Assembly (NCBI RefSeq): GCF_041624475.1
Contig: NZ_JBFJUX010000011.1
Location: 7,891 to 71,890, forward strand
Direction of reading: 5' to 3'
Length of the DNA: 64,000 nt
Origin: Litorivivens sp.
GTDB taxonomy: Bacteria > Pseudomonadota > Gammaproteobacteria > Pseudomonadales > Spongiibacteraceae
In this document: positions 7,755-17,833 of the stretch, in pieces
How the letters are laid out: the number at the start of each line of letters is the position of its first letter
Position numbering within the stretch: position 1 is the first letter of the stretch
The notes under the pieces: model-generated
Database searches by the model: none
What the model saw: the letters and a program-made list of their open reading frames with translations, nothing else
Told to the model about the DNA's origin: nothing
Program-made: the position numbers and the translations under genes

Positions 7755-10700
7755 GTGAGTTTTAACGAAGCCAGGCTGGAAGAGGCCATCATTGCGCTGC
7801 TGGGAGAGCAGGGCTATCCCTATACCCCCGGCGGCACGATTACCCGAAGCCCTCAGGATGTACTGCTTACCGAAGATCTCACCGAGTACCTGCAGACCCG
7901 CTACGCCAGCGACAATATCACCCCCGGTGAAATACAGGCCATTATCAACCGCCTGCAAGCGCTGCCTGCCGCCGACTTGTACGACACCAACAGAGCTGTT
8001 CACAAACTGGTAGCCGATGGTTTTCTGCTCAAGCGGGAGCCTGCAGCGGGCCAAGAGCACCAGAGCCAGAAAGACCTCTACATTCAACTGATCGATTACG
8101 CGGGCTTACCCGAGGCCCGGATACCGCCAGAGGAAGAGCTGGACACGGTGGTGGCTGATCCCGATGCCGGCTACGCCGTGGGTACCCATACCCACAACCG
8201 CTACCGGGTGGTGAACCAGCTGGAAATAGAAGGCCGTGAGAAACGCATTCCCGATGCCATTCTCTACATCAATGGTTTGCCACTGGTGGTGTTTGAATTC
8301 AAGAGTGCGGTTCGGGAAGAGGCGACCATCCATGATGCCTACGTGCAGCTGACAACGCGGTATGCCCGAGATATACCGGAGCTGATGAAGTACAACTCCT
8401 TGTGTGTGATCAGTGACGGCGTGAACTCCCGGTTGGGCTCACTCTTTGCTCCCTACGACTTCTACTACACCTGGCGTAAGGTCACTGGCGACGAATCCAT
8501 TGAGCAGGATGGCATCAATGCCCTGCACACCATGATCGAGGGGCTGTTCAATCAGGATCGGCTGCGGCAGGTGTTGCGGCACTTTATCTACTTTCCGGAT
8601 GTGTCCAAGAAGGAAGAGAAAATCGTCTGCCGCTACCCTCAGTTCTATGCGGCCACGAAGCTGTACCAGAACATTCTGACCCATCGTAAACCGCTAGGGG
8701 ACGGCAAGGGCGGTACCTACTTCGGGGCCACTGGCTGCGGCAAGAGTTACACCATGTTGTTCCTGTCCCGCCTGCTGATGAAGAGCCTGGAGCTGGAAAG
8801 TCCGACCATTGTCTTGATCACCGACCGCACCGATCTGGACGACCAGCTCAGCAAGCAGTTCACCAACGCCAAGACCTATATCGGCGATCAGACCGTGATC
8901 AGCGTGGAGAGCCGGGCCCAGTTGCGCGAACTGCTCAAGGGCCGTAACAGTGGCGGTGTGTTCCTGACCACCATCCACAAGTTCACCGAAGATACCGAAC
9001 TGCTCACCGACCGCGACAACGTGATCTGTATCTCCGATGAGGCGCACCGAAGCCAGGTGAATCTGGACCAGAAGGTGAGGGTGACCAGGGACGGCGTGCG
9101 CAAGACCTATGGCTTCGCCAAGTACCTGCATGACTCCCTGCCCAATGCCACCTACGTGGGTTTTACCGGCACCCCCATCGACGCCACCCTGGATGTCTTT
9201 GGTGAGGTGGTGGACAGCTACACCATGACCGAGTCCGTGAAGGACGAGATCACCGTGCCGATTGTGTATGAGGGCAGGGCAGCCAAGGTGGTACTGGACA
9301 ACAGCAAGCTGGAGGAGATCGAGGCCTACTACGACCAGTGCGCCGAGGACGGTGCCAGCGACTACCAGATCGAGGAATCCAAGAAGGCCAGCGCCAATAT
9401 GATGGCCATCTTGGGTGACCCCGACAGGATCAAGGCACTCGCGGAAGACTTTGTCGCCCACTATGAAAAGCGCCTTTCGGAAGGCGGCACGATCAAGGGC
9501 AAGGCCATGTTCGTGTGCAGCAAACGGGAGATTGCCTACGATTTCTGGCAACAGGTGATTGCCCTGCGCCCGGCGTGGAATGACGTGCTGACTTGTGAAC
9601 CCGGAGCATCACTCACCGAGCAGGAAAAGAAAGAGATAAAGCCCATGGAGCGGGTCAAAATGATCATGACCCGGGGCAAGGACGACGCCAAGCCCCTGTA
9701 CGAAATGCTGGGTACTCAGGAGTACCGCAAGGAACTGGATCGCCAGTTCAAGAACCCCAAATCCAACTTCAAGATCGCCATCGTGGTGGATATGTGGCTC
9801 ACCGGTTTTGATGTGCCTTTTCTGGATACCATCTACATCGACAAACCTATCCAGCGCCACAACCTTATCCAGACCATCTCTCGGGTAAACCGCAAGTTTG
9901 AGGGCAAGGAGAAGGGGCTGGTGGTGGATTACATCGGCATCAAGAAGCAGATGAATCTGGCCTTGGCCCACTACAACAAAGCCGACCAGCAAAACATCGA
10001 AGAGATCGAACAGTCGGTTATTGTGGTGAAAGACCACCTGGATTTACTCAACAAGGCCTTCCACAAGTTTGATGCGACTCCTTACTTTAGCGGGAGCCCG
10101 GTAGAGCAGCTCAACTGCCTCAATATGGCGGCTGAGTTTGCGCAAATAACCGAAGCCTTTGAGAAGCGTTTTATGGCACTGGTGAAGCGCCTGAAGGCCG
10201 CCTACGACATCTGCAGTGGTTCAGAGCGGATCAGTCAGCAGGAGCGCGACCAGATCCACTTCTACCTGGCTGTTCGCTCCATCGTGTTCAAACTGACCAA
10301 GGGCAATGCCCCTGATACCGCGCAGATGAACGCCCGGGTGCGGGAGATGATTACCGAAGCCCTGAAAGCCGATGGTGTTGAGGAGATCTTCAAAATGGGC
10401 GAGCAGAGTACTGGCATCACCGACCTGTTCGATCCGGATTACCTCGCCAAGATCGAGAAGATCAAACTACCCAATACCAAGATCAAGTTATTGCAGCAGC
10501 TACTGGCTCGGGCCATTGAGGAGTTCAAGAAGACCAACAAGACCAAGGGGCTGGATTTCTCCCAGCGGTTTAAGGCGCTGGTTGATGCCTACAACGAGCG
10601 TAAGGAAGACAATGTACTGGTCAGCGACGTACTGGAGGACTTCTCCTCCGAGATCATGACCTTGATCGACGCCATCCGTATGGAACAACAAGACCTGCCC

Positions 10701-11006
10701 GAGGGTATCGATACCATTGAGGAAAAGGCTTTCTACGACATCCTCAAAGCTCTCGCCATCAAATATGACTTTACCTACCCGGAGGACAAGCTGGGACCCT
10801 TAGCCAAGGCGGTGAAGGCGGTGGTGGATGACAAGGTGAAGTACACAGATTGGAGCCAGCGAGCCGACATCAAAGCGGAGCTCAAGGTCGACCTGATATT
10901 GGTGCTGGCCGACCATGGCTACCCTCCTGTGGACCGGGATGAGGTGTACAAAGAGATATTCGAGCAGGCGGAGAACTTCAAGAAGTACCAGAGCGCCACA
11001 TCCTAG
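7755..11006 (+). CDS. hsdR: Type I restriction enzyme endonuclease/translocase subunit R
   Basis: 1083 aa with a GTG start. It has an N-terminal nuclease domain (PDAILYINGLPLVVFEFK) and SF2 helicase motifs GTGCGKS and ISDEAHRSQ. It is the last gene of the hsdM-hsdS-x-hsdR operon. Confidence 0.95.
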   Translation: MSFNEARLEEAIIALLGEQGYPYTPGGTITRSPQDVLLTEDLTEYLQTRYASDNITPGEIQAIINRLQALPAADLYDTNRAVHKLVADGFLLKREPAAGQEHQSQKDLYIQLIDYAGLPEARIPPEEELDTVVADPDAGYAVGTHTHNRYRVVNQLEIEGREKRIPDAILYINGLPLVVFEFKSAVREEATIHDAYVQLTTRYARDIPELMKYNSLCVISDGVNSRLGSLFAPYDFYYTWRKVTGDESIEQDGINALHTMIEGLFNQDRLRQVLRHFIYFPDVSKKEEKIVCRYPQFYAATKLYQNILTHRKPLGDGKGGTYFGATGCGKSYTMLFLSRLLMKSLELESPTIVLITDRTDLDDQLSKQFTNAKTYIGDQTVISVESRAQLRELLKGRNSGGVFLTTIHKFTEDTELLTDRDNVICISDEAHRSQVNLDQKVRVTRDGVRKTYGFAKYLHDSLPNATYVGFTGTPIDATLDVFGEVVDSYTMTESVKDEITVPIVYEGRAAKVVLDNSKLEEIEAYYDQCAEDGASDYQIEESKKASANMMAILGDPDRIKALAEDFVAHYEKRLSEGGTIKGKAMFVCSKREIAYDFWQQVIALRPAWNDVLTCEPGASLTEQEKKEIKPMERVKMIMTRGKDDAKPLYEMLGTQEYRKELDRQFKNPKSNFKIAIVVDMWLTGFDVPFLDTIYIDKPIQRHNLIQTISRVNRKFEGKEKGLVVDYIGIKKQMNLALAHYNKADQQNIEEIEQSVIVVKDHLDLLNKAFHKFDATPYFSGSPVEQLNCLNMAAEFAQITEAFEKRFMALVKRLKAAYDICSGSERISQQERDQIHFYLAVRSIVFKLTKGNAPDTAQMNARVREMITEALKADGVEEIFKMGEQSTGITDLFDPDYLAKIEKIKLPNTKIKLLQQLLARAIEEFKKTNKTKGLDFSQRFKALVDAYNERKEDNVLVSDVLEDFSSEIMTLIDAIRMEQQDLPEGIDTIEEKAFYDILKALAIKYDFTYPEDKLGPLAKAVKAVVDDKVKYTDWSQRADIKAELKVDLILVLADHGYPPVDRDEVYKEIFEQAENFKKYQSATS

Positions 11007-11035
11007 CGTCACCTATAAAAATATCCTCATCGAAG

Positions 11036-11399
11036 ATGGCTTTTGTCGGGGGCGCCACTACCGGACTTCTCGTTACAGATGAATTTACTAGAGAACAGGT
11101 ACGCGCAACAGATGACGTAGATCTGATAGTTCACGCAATAAGTTATGTTGAGTTCGTTGAATTACAATGCCGGCTTACTGAGCGTGGGTTCAAATACCCC
11201 TCGGCCAACCTGGATGATGACATTCCAATCTGCGCCTATGGATGTCAGAGATTATCTGGCGGAGGAGCTCGGAATTTTCTTATCTGAAGAGCGCTTTGAA
11301 GATGCGATCAACAGCCATGCCCGTGGCGACTCGGAGCGAGTCAGCATTATTTTTGATCGATTATATTTATTAGCAGGAATGGTCCAGCCAAACAGCTAG
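11036..11399 (+). pseudogene. 5'-truncated and frameshifted nucleotidyltransferase-fold gene remnant
   Basis: Two overlapping ORFs in different frames (11036-11287 and 11145-11399) read like one protein: VGGATTGLLV...ATDDVDLIV (GG...DxD NTase-like) followed by ...DVRDYLAEELGIFLSEERFEDAI. The first ORF starts almost directly at the GG motif, 30 nt after the hsdR stop. The region is lower in GC by eye. Confidence 0.45.
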
Positions 11400-11443
11400 A
11401 CACCTTATTGCCGAGATAGCTATGGCGGCGTAAGTTTCCAGCG

Positions 11444-12490
11444 CTACTCATTCTGCAACCGCTCCAAAGCCTTATTACCCGCAACCCGCTCCTTGATAAG
11501 CTCCAGCGACTCCACAAGAATATCCTCTGCCACCTGGTCCAGCCCTGACGACTCTTTCATCAGCATTTCCATAACCGCTTCGACAACCGTTCCCGCCAGT
11601 TGCTTGTTGTCGACGTGGGTCAGGTCGTCGGCAGACTGTTTGAAGATGTTGTAGACGATGTCGCTGATGGTACGTTCCAGCAGTTCCAGTGTGTAGTCGC
11701 CGACGAGGGGTACCTTTTCCAATTTGCCGATATCTTCGCTGGCCTCCATGGCTTCCCGAATACGGTTTTGAAGATAGCTGCGAATTGCGCTGTGATGACG
11801 CGCCAGCTGATGTTCAAGACCTTGGGTCATTGGGTCGGCCAGCGCTGTGGCAATGGCCTGTTTGCGGGGCAGAATAACTCGCTGGATCAGGTCGCGCATG
11901 ACTGGTCTGCCGTGCTGAACCTCGTCTGTCATTCCATCGAGTACGTTAATCACCACGCGGTCGGCTATATGCTCCATCAGTACGTCGTAGTTTGACTGTG
12001 CGAAGCGCCCGGCGCGGGTTTCCCGCAAATTGATGATGCCCAGTGTCTGCAGGCGGTAGAGCATTGAAATAATACGCAGCAGGCGCAGCAGGCGGAACCC
12101 GGTTAGGGGAATACAGCCGAGTACCTCATACCAGTGAATAAAGGGGTACCAGTACCAGCGCGTGTAGCGGCCCCGGCGGACGGCGACCACCCAGCGCACC
12201 AGAAATTCAGAAATAAATGCCGCGACAAACATCAGGTCATATTGCAGAAAATTGGGGTGAATCTGATCGGCGTAAAACTGATGAAAGCCGGGAGCCAGAC
12301 TTTGCAGAACGCTTGCAAAAGACTCCACAGTAAACAGCCAGTCAAATGTGAGCCAGATCAGGTTGACCATGAGCAGGGCAAGCATGATCAGGTCGACCGC
12401 AAACCAGGTGGCTTCCTGATTGTCGCGCAATTTTTGCCTATTCAAATTCAGCATAGTGCTGAATCGTACGGGGATGGTTGGAGACGGCAA
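11444..12490 (-). CDS. Voltage-sensor-domain (S1-S4) membrane protein with a soluble helical C-terminal domain and no pore domain
   Basis: 348 aa with four TM helices. S1 is WFAVDLIMLALLMVNLIWL. S2 is DLMFVAAFISEFLVRWVV (F-x-x-E charge-transfer-like). S3 is WYWYPFIHWYEVLGCIPL. S4 is FRLLRLLRIISMLYR (R every third residue). The remaining ~190 aa have no hydrophobic segment. The start codon is uncertain; an alternative Met lies at 12454. Confidence 0.7.
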   Translation of the reverse strand: MPSPTIPVRFSTMLNLNRQKLRDNQEATWFAVDLIMLALLMVNLIWLTFDWLFTVESFASVLQSLAPGFHQFYADQIHPNFLQYDLMFVAAFISEFLVRWVVAVRRGRYTRWYWYPFIHWYEVLGCIPLTGFRLLRLLRIISMLYRLQTLGIINLRETRAGRFAQSNYDVLMEHIADRVVINVLDGMTDEVQHGRPVMRDLIQRVILPRKQAIATALADPMTQGLEHQLARHHSAIRSYLQNRIREAMEASEDIGKLEKVPLVGDYTLELLERTISDIVYNIFKQSADDLTHVDNKQLAGTVVEAVMEMLMKESSGLDQVAEDILVESLELIKERVAGNKALERLQNE

Positions 12491-12883
12491 GGGCTGGGTG
12501 GAATACTACCAGAGTGATGCAATGGTCTATCTGCTTGTTTACGCAGGGCAGACTGGGCACAGGTCGCGGTTCCACAGTAAGACTCTGGTGGATTTACTGC
12601 ATCCAGTGCGACAGTGTCTTCGCCTTAAGCGAAATGGTTTGTTCAATTACACACCAGGATTACTTGACCGACTTAGGGTGTGACATTGCCAGATGGGAGT
12701 GCATGCGCTGTTCCATGCCGGTGCGATAAATCACATTTTGTCGCCAGTATGGCTGGTTTTCTGGTGTGGCACTGTTCTTGCTCAATGACTACTCGCAGCA
12801 GGCACCTGTTTTACAAAGGGCCAGCAAACAACAGGTTTATCGCTGCTTGGCGATAGGCGGCAAGTAGTCATAGAGGGGTGTGT

Positions 12884-14746
12884 ATGAAGTTTTATTGTCT
12901 TGTCCTGATAGCAGCGATGGTTCTGTTGGTCGGGTGTAACGACAGTGGCGGTTCCAGTTCGTCGCCGGCAGCGCCTGCTTCCGAATCGGAACCTTTTGTT
13001 GATGAGAACGACAATGGCATCAGCGATTTGCGTGAGTTTGAGCTGGTCGAGGCAACCATGGCAGACGTACATGCGGTGCTCGCCGGTGACATGGTAGCTG
13101 AGGATGGCGAGCCTCTGACCTGCGTGGAAATCACACAGATGTATATTGATCGTATCCTGGCCTATAACGATACGCCTCAGGAGAGTGGTGGACTGCCCAT
13201 TCTGGGGGTGCTGGCGATTATGCCTAACGCTCTGGATCAGGCGTCAGTTCTGGATGCGCTTTACGAGCGCGATCGTGGAATTGGCAATCGCTTTCTGCAT
13301 TGTATGCCGGTGCTTTTGAAGGATAATTACGACACCTTTGATTACCCCACCACCCAGGGCTCTTACTCTATGCTCGGGCATCAGGCCGGTGTTGACGCGC
13401 ATTCGGTAGATGGCTTGCGTCAGGCGGGCGCCGTCATTCTCGGCAAGGCCAATCAGGATGAATTTGCTTATTTCACTATGGGTTTTTCCGCTAGGGCCAT
13501 TCAGGTACGCAATCCCTACAATACGGCCGAAAGTCCGGCGGGTTCATCATCGGGTACCGGGGCCTCAATCGCGGCGAATTTTGCGCTGGGGGGAACCGGG
13601 TCCGATACCTGTCAGTCCATTCGTCACCCGTCTTCAGTCAACGGTCTGGTGGGTATTCGACCGAGTCTCGGGGTGATTTCCCAGCATGGGATTTACCCGC
13701 TGTCGCACGAACGCGACACCGGCGGCCCGATGACACGCACCGTGGAAGATGCCGCGCTGATGCTCAGTGCGATGGCAACCTTTGACGCGCGCGACCCGAA
13801 AGCCGCCTGGTTTCCTGCCAATGAACGTCCAGGAGACTACACCCAATTCTTGGACAGGGAGCAGTACGGTGTGGCTGGGCGAAATATAGGGGTACTTAGA
13901 AATCTTGGTGGCAGCACCTCGGTGACTGGTACCGGGGCTCAAGGTGAACTGATTGATGCGGCAATTGAACAGCTCAAAGCCATGGGCGCAAACATCTACG
14001 ATGTCTACCTGCCGGATTTCGCGAATCTGGGCGCGGGCTCACGACACTATGATATGAATCAGTATTTTGCCGGGTTTGAAGCTGAAGGGGGCTCCAGTCC
14101 GCGTCGGTGTGTCTCCAGCCTTCGGGCGACAGAAACCCACGACCGTGACGATTGCGCGGGTATCGACGGTATTGTCGAATCCGGTCGGATAGGACCGAGA
14201 ACCGCAGGCTTGGTTGCATTGACCGCTCTTGATAGTGCAGATCTCGCGCCTTCGGAATCGCAATTACAAGCAATTCGCGATATGCGGGCCTACGTGACTG
14301 GCGTCATGGATGCAATCACCGATGACAACGGCGATCTGGTGCGCGACGAGTTTGGCGAAACCATCAGTGTAGATGCGTTGATCCTGTCACCCGGGCCGAC
14401 CGGCGGCCGTACCTGCGATTTTGGGTCCACCACCCAGATGGGGTCGATCGTTGTGCCGGTAGGCTTTGATGAATCTGTTGGTGTGCCCCGAGGGATGGAG
14501 ATTTTTGTCCGTCAGTTTGATGAAGGCACCGGCATTGGCATCGCCTACGATTTCGAGCAGGCGACTCTGCATCGCAAACCGCCGGTAATCAGCCCCGCGC
14601 CCGGCGGCGAGAATGGCACCATTGCCCAATTCAACGCGCGCCAGCGCGCCGCAATCGCCACCTATGCCGAGCAAGCGCCCGAGAATATCGATCCAGCGCA
14701 CTACATCGAGGTGCTGGAGGCGCTGGCCGGCCCTACCGGTGACTGA
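12884..14746 (+). CDS. Amidase-signature family hydrolase, predicted lipoprotein
   Basis: The signal/lipobox is MKFYCLVLIAAMVLLVGC. The amidase signature is GSSSGTGASIAANFALGGTGSDTCQSIRHPSS. The ATG at 12884 follows AGAGGGG; the ORF track start at 12878 is a GTG. Confidence 0.85.
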   Translation: MKFYCLVLIAAMVLLVGCNDSGGSSSSPAAPASESEPFVDENDNGISDLREFELVEATMADVHAVLAGDMVAEDGEPLTCVEITQMYIDRILAYNDTPQESGGLPILGVLAIMPNALDQASVLDALYERDRGIGNRFLHCMPVLLKDNYDTFDYPTTQGSYSMLGHQAGVDAHSVDGLRQAGAVILGKANQDEFAYFTMGFSARAIQVRNPYNTAESPAGSSSGTGASIAANFALGGTGSDTCQSIRHPSSVNGLVGIRPSLGVISQHGIYPLSHERDTGGPMTRTVEDAALMLSAMATFDARDPKAAWFPANERPGDYTQFLDREQYGVAGRNIGVLRNLGGSTSVTGTGAQGELIDAAIEQLKAMGANIYDVYLPDFANLGAGSRHYDMNQYFAGFEAEGGSSPRRCVSSLRATETHDRDDCAGIDGIVESGRIGPRTAGLVALTALDSADLAPSESQLQAIRDMRAYVTGVMDAITDDNGDLVRDEFGETISVDALILSPGPTGGRTCDFGSTTQMGSIVVPVGFDESVGVPRGMEIFVRQFDEGTGIGIAYDFEQATLHRKPPVISPAPGGENGTIAQFNARQRAAIATYAEQAPENIDPAHYIEVLEALAGPTGD

Positions 14747-14867
14747 GCCCGGCACCTGACGGTGAAGCTTCGTCGCTGGCCGGCGGCGGGGTTTCACCAA
14801 AGTGGGTGAGGAAATAACCCGCAAATACTGCCATGCTGTCCCGGTGACAATAAATACAGGGGCAGAC

Positions 14868-15908
14868 ATGAAGCTCGGGCTTTTTATCGACTACGCGGCG
14901 TCAAAAATCACTATTCCCCTCAGCTTGGTTCAACGAGCAGAAGCGCTGGGCTTTGACTCGGTTTGGACGGCGGAAGCCTACGGCACCGATGCGATTACCC
15001 CTTTAGCCTATATCGCTGCCCATACCTCGCGGATACGGCTTGCTACGGGGATTGCGCAGGTATCTGCGCGAGCGCCGACGATGACGGCCATGCAATTTGG
15101 CACACTGGAGCAACTGGCCGGGGAGGGCCGGGTAATCGCAGGCCTGGGCTTGTCCGGGCCTCAGGTTGTCGAAGGCTGGCATGGCCAGAGCTGGGCCCAA
15201 CCCTATGATCGTATGAAGGACACGGTTGCCATTATGCGGCAGGTTTTTCGTCGCGAGGGCCCTGTCAGCTATCAGGGGAAAGCCCTGTCATTACCACTGC
15301 CTGAAGATGAGAGCACCGGGCAGGGCAAGCCTCTGAAACCCATTGCGAAAATGAATCCCGATATACCAATCTGGTTGGGCACCGGCAGCCAGAGTATGGT
15401 GACGCTCACCGCGGAAATTGCAGACGGCTGGATTCCCATGGGCTTCTGTCCGGGCATGATGGATGTTTACCGCCCCTGGCTTGACGAGGGCTTTCGACGG
15501 GCTGGTGGTGGAAAATCTTTGGCTGATTTTGAGATTCAAGGGCAAGTGCAGGTCGAAATCACTGACGATGTGCAGGCAGCTATCGACGCGCGCAAGCCTC
15601 AGGCGGCGCTTTATATTGGTGGTATGGGAAACGCGAAAAACAACTTTCATCGCGATCAGATGATCCGGCGCGGCTACCCTGAAGCAGCGGAAAGGATCCT
15701 GACACTATTCACAGAGGGGCGGCGCGATGAGGCGATAGCGGCAGTGCCGGATGAGTATATTGATGAGGGTGGCCTGTTCGGCGATGAAAAGCGCATAGCC
15801 GAACGTTTCGAACGTTGGCTGAATTGCGGCGCAACCGGGCTGACCTTGCACACGTCCTCACTTGCAGCATTGGAATTGATTGCTTCATTGAACAAACAGC
15901 AGAATTGA
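14868..15908 (+). CDS. Luciferase-like monooxygenase (LLM) class oxidoreductase
   Basis: MKLGLFIDY...AEALGFDSVWTAEAYGTDAITPLAYIAA is typical of F420/FMN-dependent LLM proteins. An internal Met was chosen as start over the longer ORF beginning at 14802. Confidence 0.8.
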   Translation: MKLGLFIDYAASKITIPLSLVQRAEALGFDSVWTAEAYGTDAITPLAYIAAHTSRIRLATGIAQVSARAPTMTAMQFGTLEQLAGEGRVIAGLGLSGPQVVEGWHGQSWAQPYDRMKDTVAIMRQVFRREGPVSYQGKALSLPLPEDESTGQGKPLKPIAKMNPDIPIWLGTGSQSMVTLTAEIADGWIPMGFCPGMMDVYRPWLDEGFRRAGGGKSLADFEIQGQVQVEITDDVQAAIDARKPQAALYIGGMGNAKNNFHRDQMIRRGYPEAAERILTLFTEGRRDEAIAAVPDEYIDEGGLFGDEKRIAERFERWLNCGATGLTLHTSSLAALELIASLNKQQN

Positions 15909-15917
15909 GGCGCAAAG

Positions 15918-16751
15918 ATGACCGAAAGTAATGAGTTGATTATTGATCGCCCCGAAGAGGGTGTGCTCCGGCTTACGCTTAACAGGCCTGAAAAGCGCAA
16001 TGCCATCAGCAACGCCCTGCGCGCTGAGCTTATTGCGGCGCTGCAGTCCGCCGATGGCGATGACAGTGTGCGGGTGAGCATTATTCGGGGCGCCGGTAAG
16101 TGTTTTTCGTCGGGCTATGACCTGAAAAGTGACCTCGCCGCAGAGCAGCCTTACTTTACCGCCAATGTGGGTATGCAGTGGGCGCGCCACGTGACCGAGG
16201 GGTGGATGGGACTGTGGGATCTGGCTAAACCGGTTATCGCACAGATTCACGGCTACGCTATGGCCGGTGGACTGGAGCTGGCCGGTGCCTGTGATTTGAT
16301 CTATGCCGCGGAGGATGCGCGCCTGTCACACCCGGTCTTACAGTTCGCCGGGTTGCCGGATTTCGCTTGGTTTCCCGCGTTTATGTCGCCTCGCCACGCG
16401 ATGGAACTGCACATTGCCGGCCGCGAATTTTGTGGTGAAGAAGCGGTTCATGCAGGGTTGTTGAATCAAGTGTTTCCGGCACAAAATCTCGACGACGAGG
16501 TGCTGGCTGTCGCTCGTCGAATTGCCAGCGCGCCGCCGCAGGTGGTCGCGGTCAACAAGCGCTATGTGCACGCGGCGATGGAGGCGCGGGGCACCCGCTC
16601 CATGCTGCGTATTGCCGGCGACTTGCAGGCGGGCCCGCATATGCAGGTATTGATGGGTGGCAGTATGAGCGCGGAGTCGCTTTCGGCATCGATCAAAGCC
16701 TCGACAGCCGGCGGCTCCGAAACAAACTCTTCTGATAAGGACGCTACATGA
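15918..16751 (+). CDS. Enoyl-CoA hydratase/isomerase (crotonase) family protein
   Basis: [13 protein letters not shown]...[21 protein letters not shown] is the crotonase fold signature. Confidence 0.85.
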   Translation: MTESNELIIDRPEEGVLRLTLNRPEKRNAISNALRAELIAALQSADGDDSVRVSIIRGAGKCFSSGYDLKSDLAAEQPYFTANVGMQWARHVTEGWMGLWDLAKPVIAQIHGYAMAGGLELAGACDLIYAAEDARLSHPVLQFAGLPDFAWFPAFMSPRHAMELHIAGREFCGEEAVHAGLLNQVFPAQNLDDEVLAVARRIASAPPQVVAVNKRYVHAAMEARGTRSMLRIAGDLQAGPHMQVLMGGSMSAESLSASIKASTAGGSETNSSDKDAT

Positions 16752-17737
16752 CACGCTACGCCATGCTCGATGTCTGCTCTGTTCGTGAGGGTGGTTCTGT
16801 CGCCGAATCTCTCGCCAATTCGGTCGCGCTGGCTCAGAACGCAGAACAGTGGGGTTACAGTCGGTTCTGGTTGGCGGAACATCACAACTTCACCGGCATC
16901 GCCAGTGCGGCTACTTCACTGGTTATCGGCCATGTGGCCGCAGCGACAAAGTCGATCCGGGTTGGCGCTGGGGGCATTATGCTGCCCAACCATGCGCCGC
17001 TGGTCATTGCCGAGCAATTCGGCACACTTGAGGCGCTGTATCCCGGGCGCATCGATCTGGGGCTGGGCCGGGCGCCCGGCACCGATCAGCTTACGGTGAA
17101 TGCACTGCGCCGCAATCTGGACGGTGATGTAAATCAGTTTCCCCGTGATGTGGTGGAATTGATTCAATTTCTCGACGACCCCGAGCCGGGGCAAACGGTT
17201 GTTGCTACGCCCGGCGCAGGCAGTAAGGTGCCGGTGTGGATTCTCGGTTCCAGTCTGTTTGGCGCGCAGTTGGCGGCCGCGCTGGGATTGCCCTTTGGTT
17301 TCGCCTCGCATTTTGCGCCGGCCCAGCTGAGCGAGGCTATTCAGTTGTATCGCCAGCGTTTTTCTCCGTCGAAATGGCTTGATGTGCCATACGTTCTGGC
17401 GGGTTTTAATGTCATTGCGGCAGACAGCAACGATGAGGCTGAATTTCTTGCTAGCTCGATGCGGCGCGCCTTTGTCAATCTGACAATGGGCAAACCCGGC
17501 AAGTTGCAGCCCCCCAGTGCTGATTTGCAGCACTCCTTGAATGCGCGAGATCAAATGATGCTGTCACAGATCATGGCCTGCTCGGCGGTCGGCGATCGCG
17601 ACACCGTAGCGCAAAAGCTGAGCACGTTTATCGACGATACGGGTGTCGATGAGATTATTTTTTCCGGTCAGGTATACGATCTTCAGGCACGTTTACGCTC
17701 GTTCGAATTGGCGGCAGAGGTGATGCAGTCTCTTTGA
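16748..17737 (+). CDS. LLM class flavin-dependent oxidoreductase
   Basis: [37 protein letters not shown] is typical of this class. Its start overlaps the upstream stop (ATGA). Confidence 0.85.
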   Translation: MTRYAMLDVCSVREGGSVAESLANSVALAQNAEQWGYSRFWLAEHHNFTGIASAATSLVIGHVAAATKSIRVGAGGIMLPNHAPLVIAEQFGTLEALYPGRIDLGLGRAPGTDQLTVNALRRNLDGDVNQFPRDVVELIQFLDDPEPGQTVVATPGAGSKVPVWILGSSLFGAQLAAALGLPFGFASHFAPAQLSEAIQLYRQRFSPSKWLDVPYVLAGFNVIAADSNDEAEFLASSMRRAFVNLTMGKPGKLQPPSADLQHSLNARDQMMLSQIMACSAVGDRDTVAQKLSTFIDDTGVDEIIFSGQVYDLQARLRSFELAAEVMQSL

Positions 17738-17833
17738 GTGCTGTTGAATAATAAGACGGTAAGTTTTTCTTCTTTGGCGCGGCGCCCTGAACATAAAGTC
17801 GGGCGTATTCGGGCAGAAAAGTGAGAGGTGATT

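Larger units (their letters stand above)
1..11399. mobile_element. Right-hand portion of an integrative genomic island; integrase and att site are expected left of the window
   Basis: An alpA-type regulator sits at the window edge. It is followed by a Rep-like ATPase with adjacent iterons, a RadC-like gene and type I R-M cargo. A truncated, frameshifted gene lies at 11036-11399. Non-coding spacers here are long (848 and 527 bp), unlike the tightly packed genes to the right. Confidence 0.55.

Noticed and set aside
14802-14867. Longer N-terminal extensions offered by the ORF track, here and at 33068, 41200-42450, 47727, 50245, 54588 and 60775
   Set aside because: The extensions overlap upstream genes or terminators, lack an RBS, and precede internal Met codons. 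Those internal starts give canonical N-termini, signal peptides or ATGA/TGATG coupling, so they were used instead.
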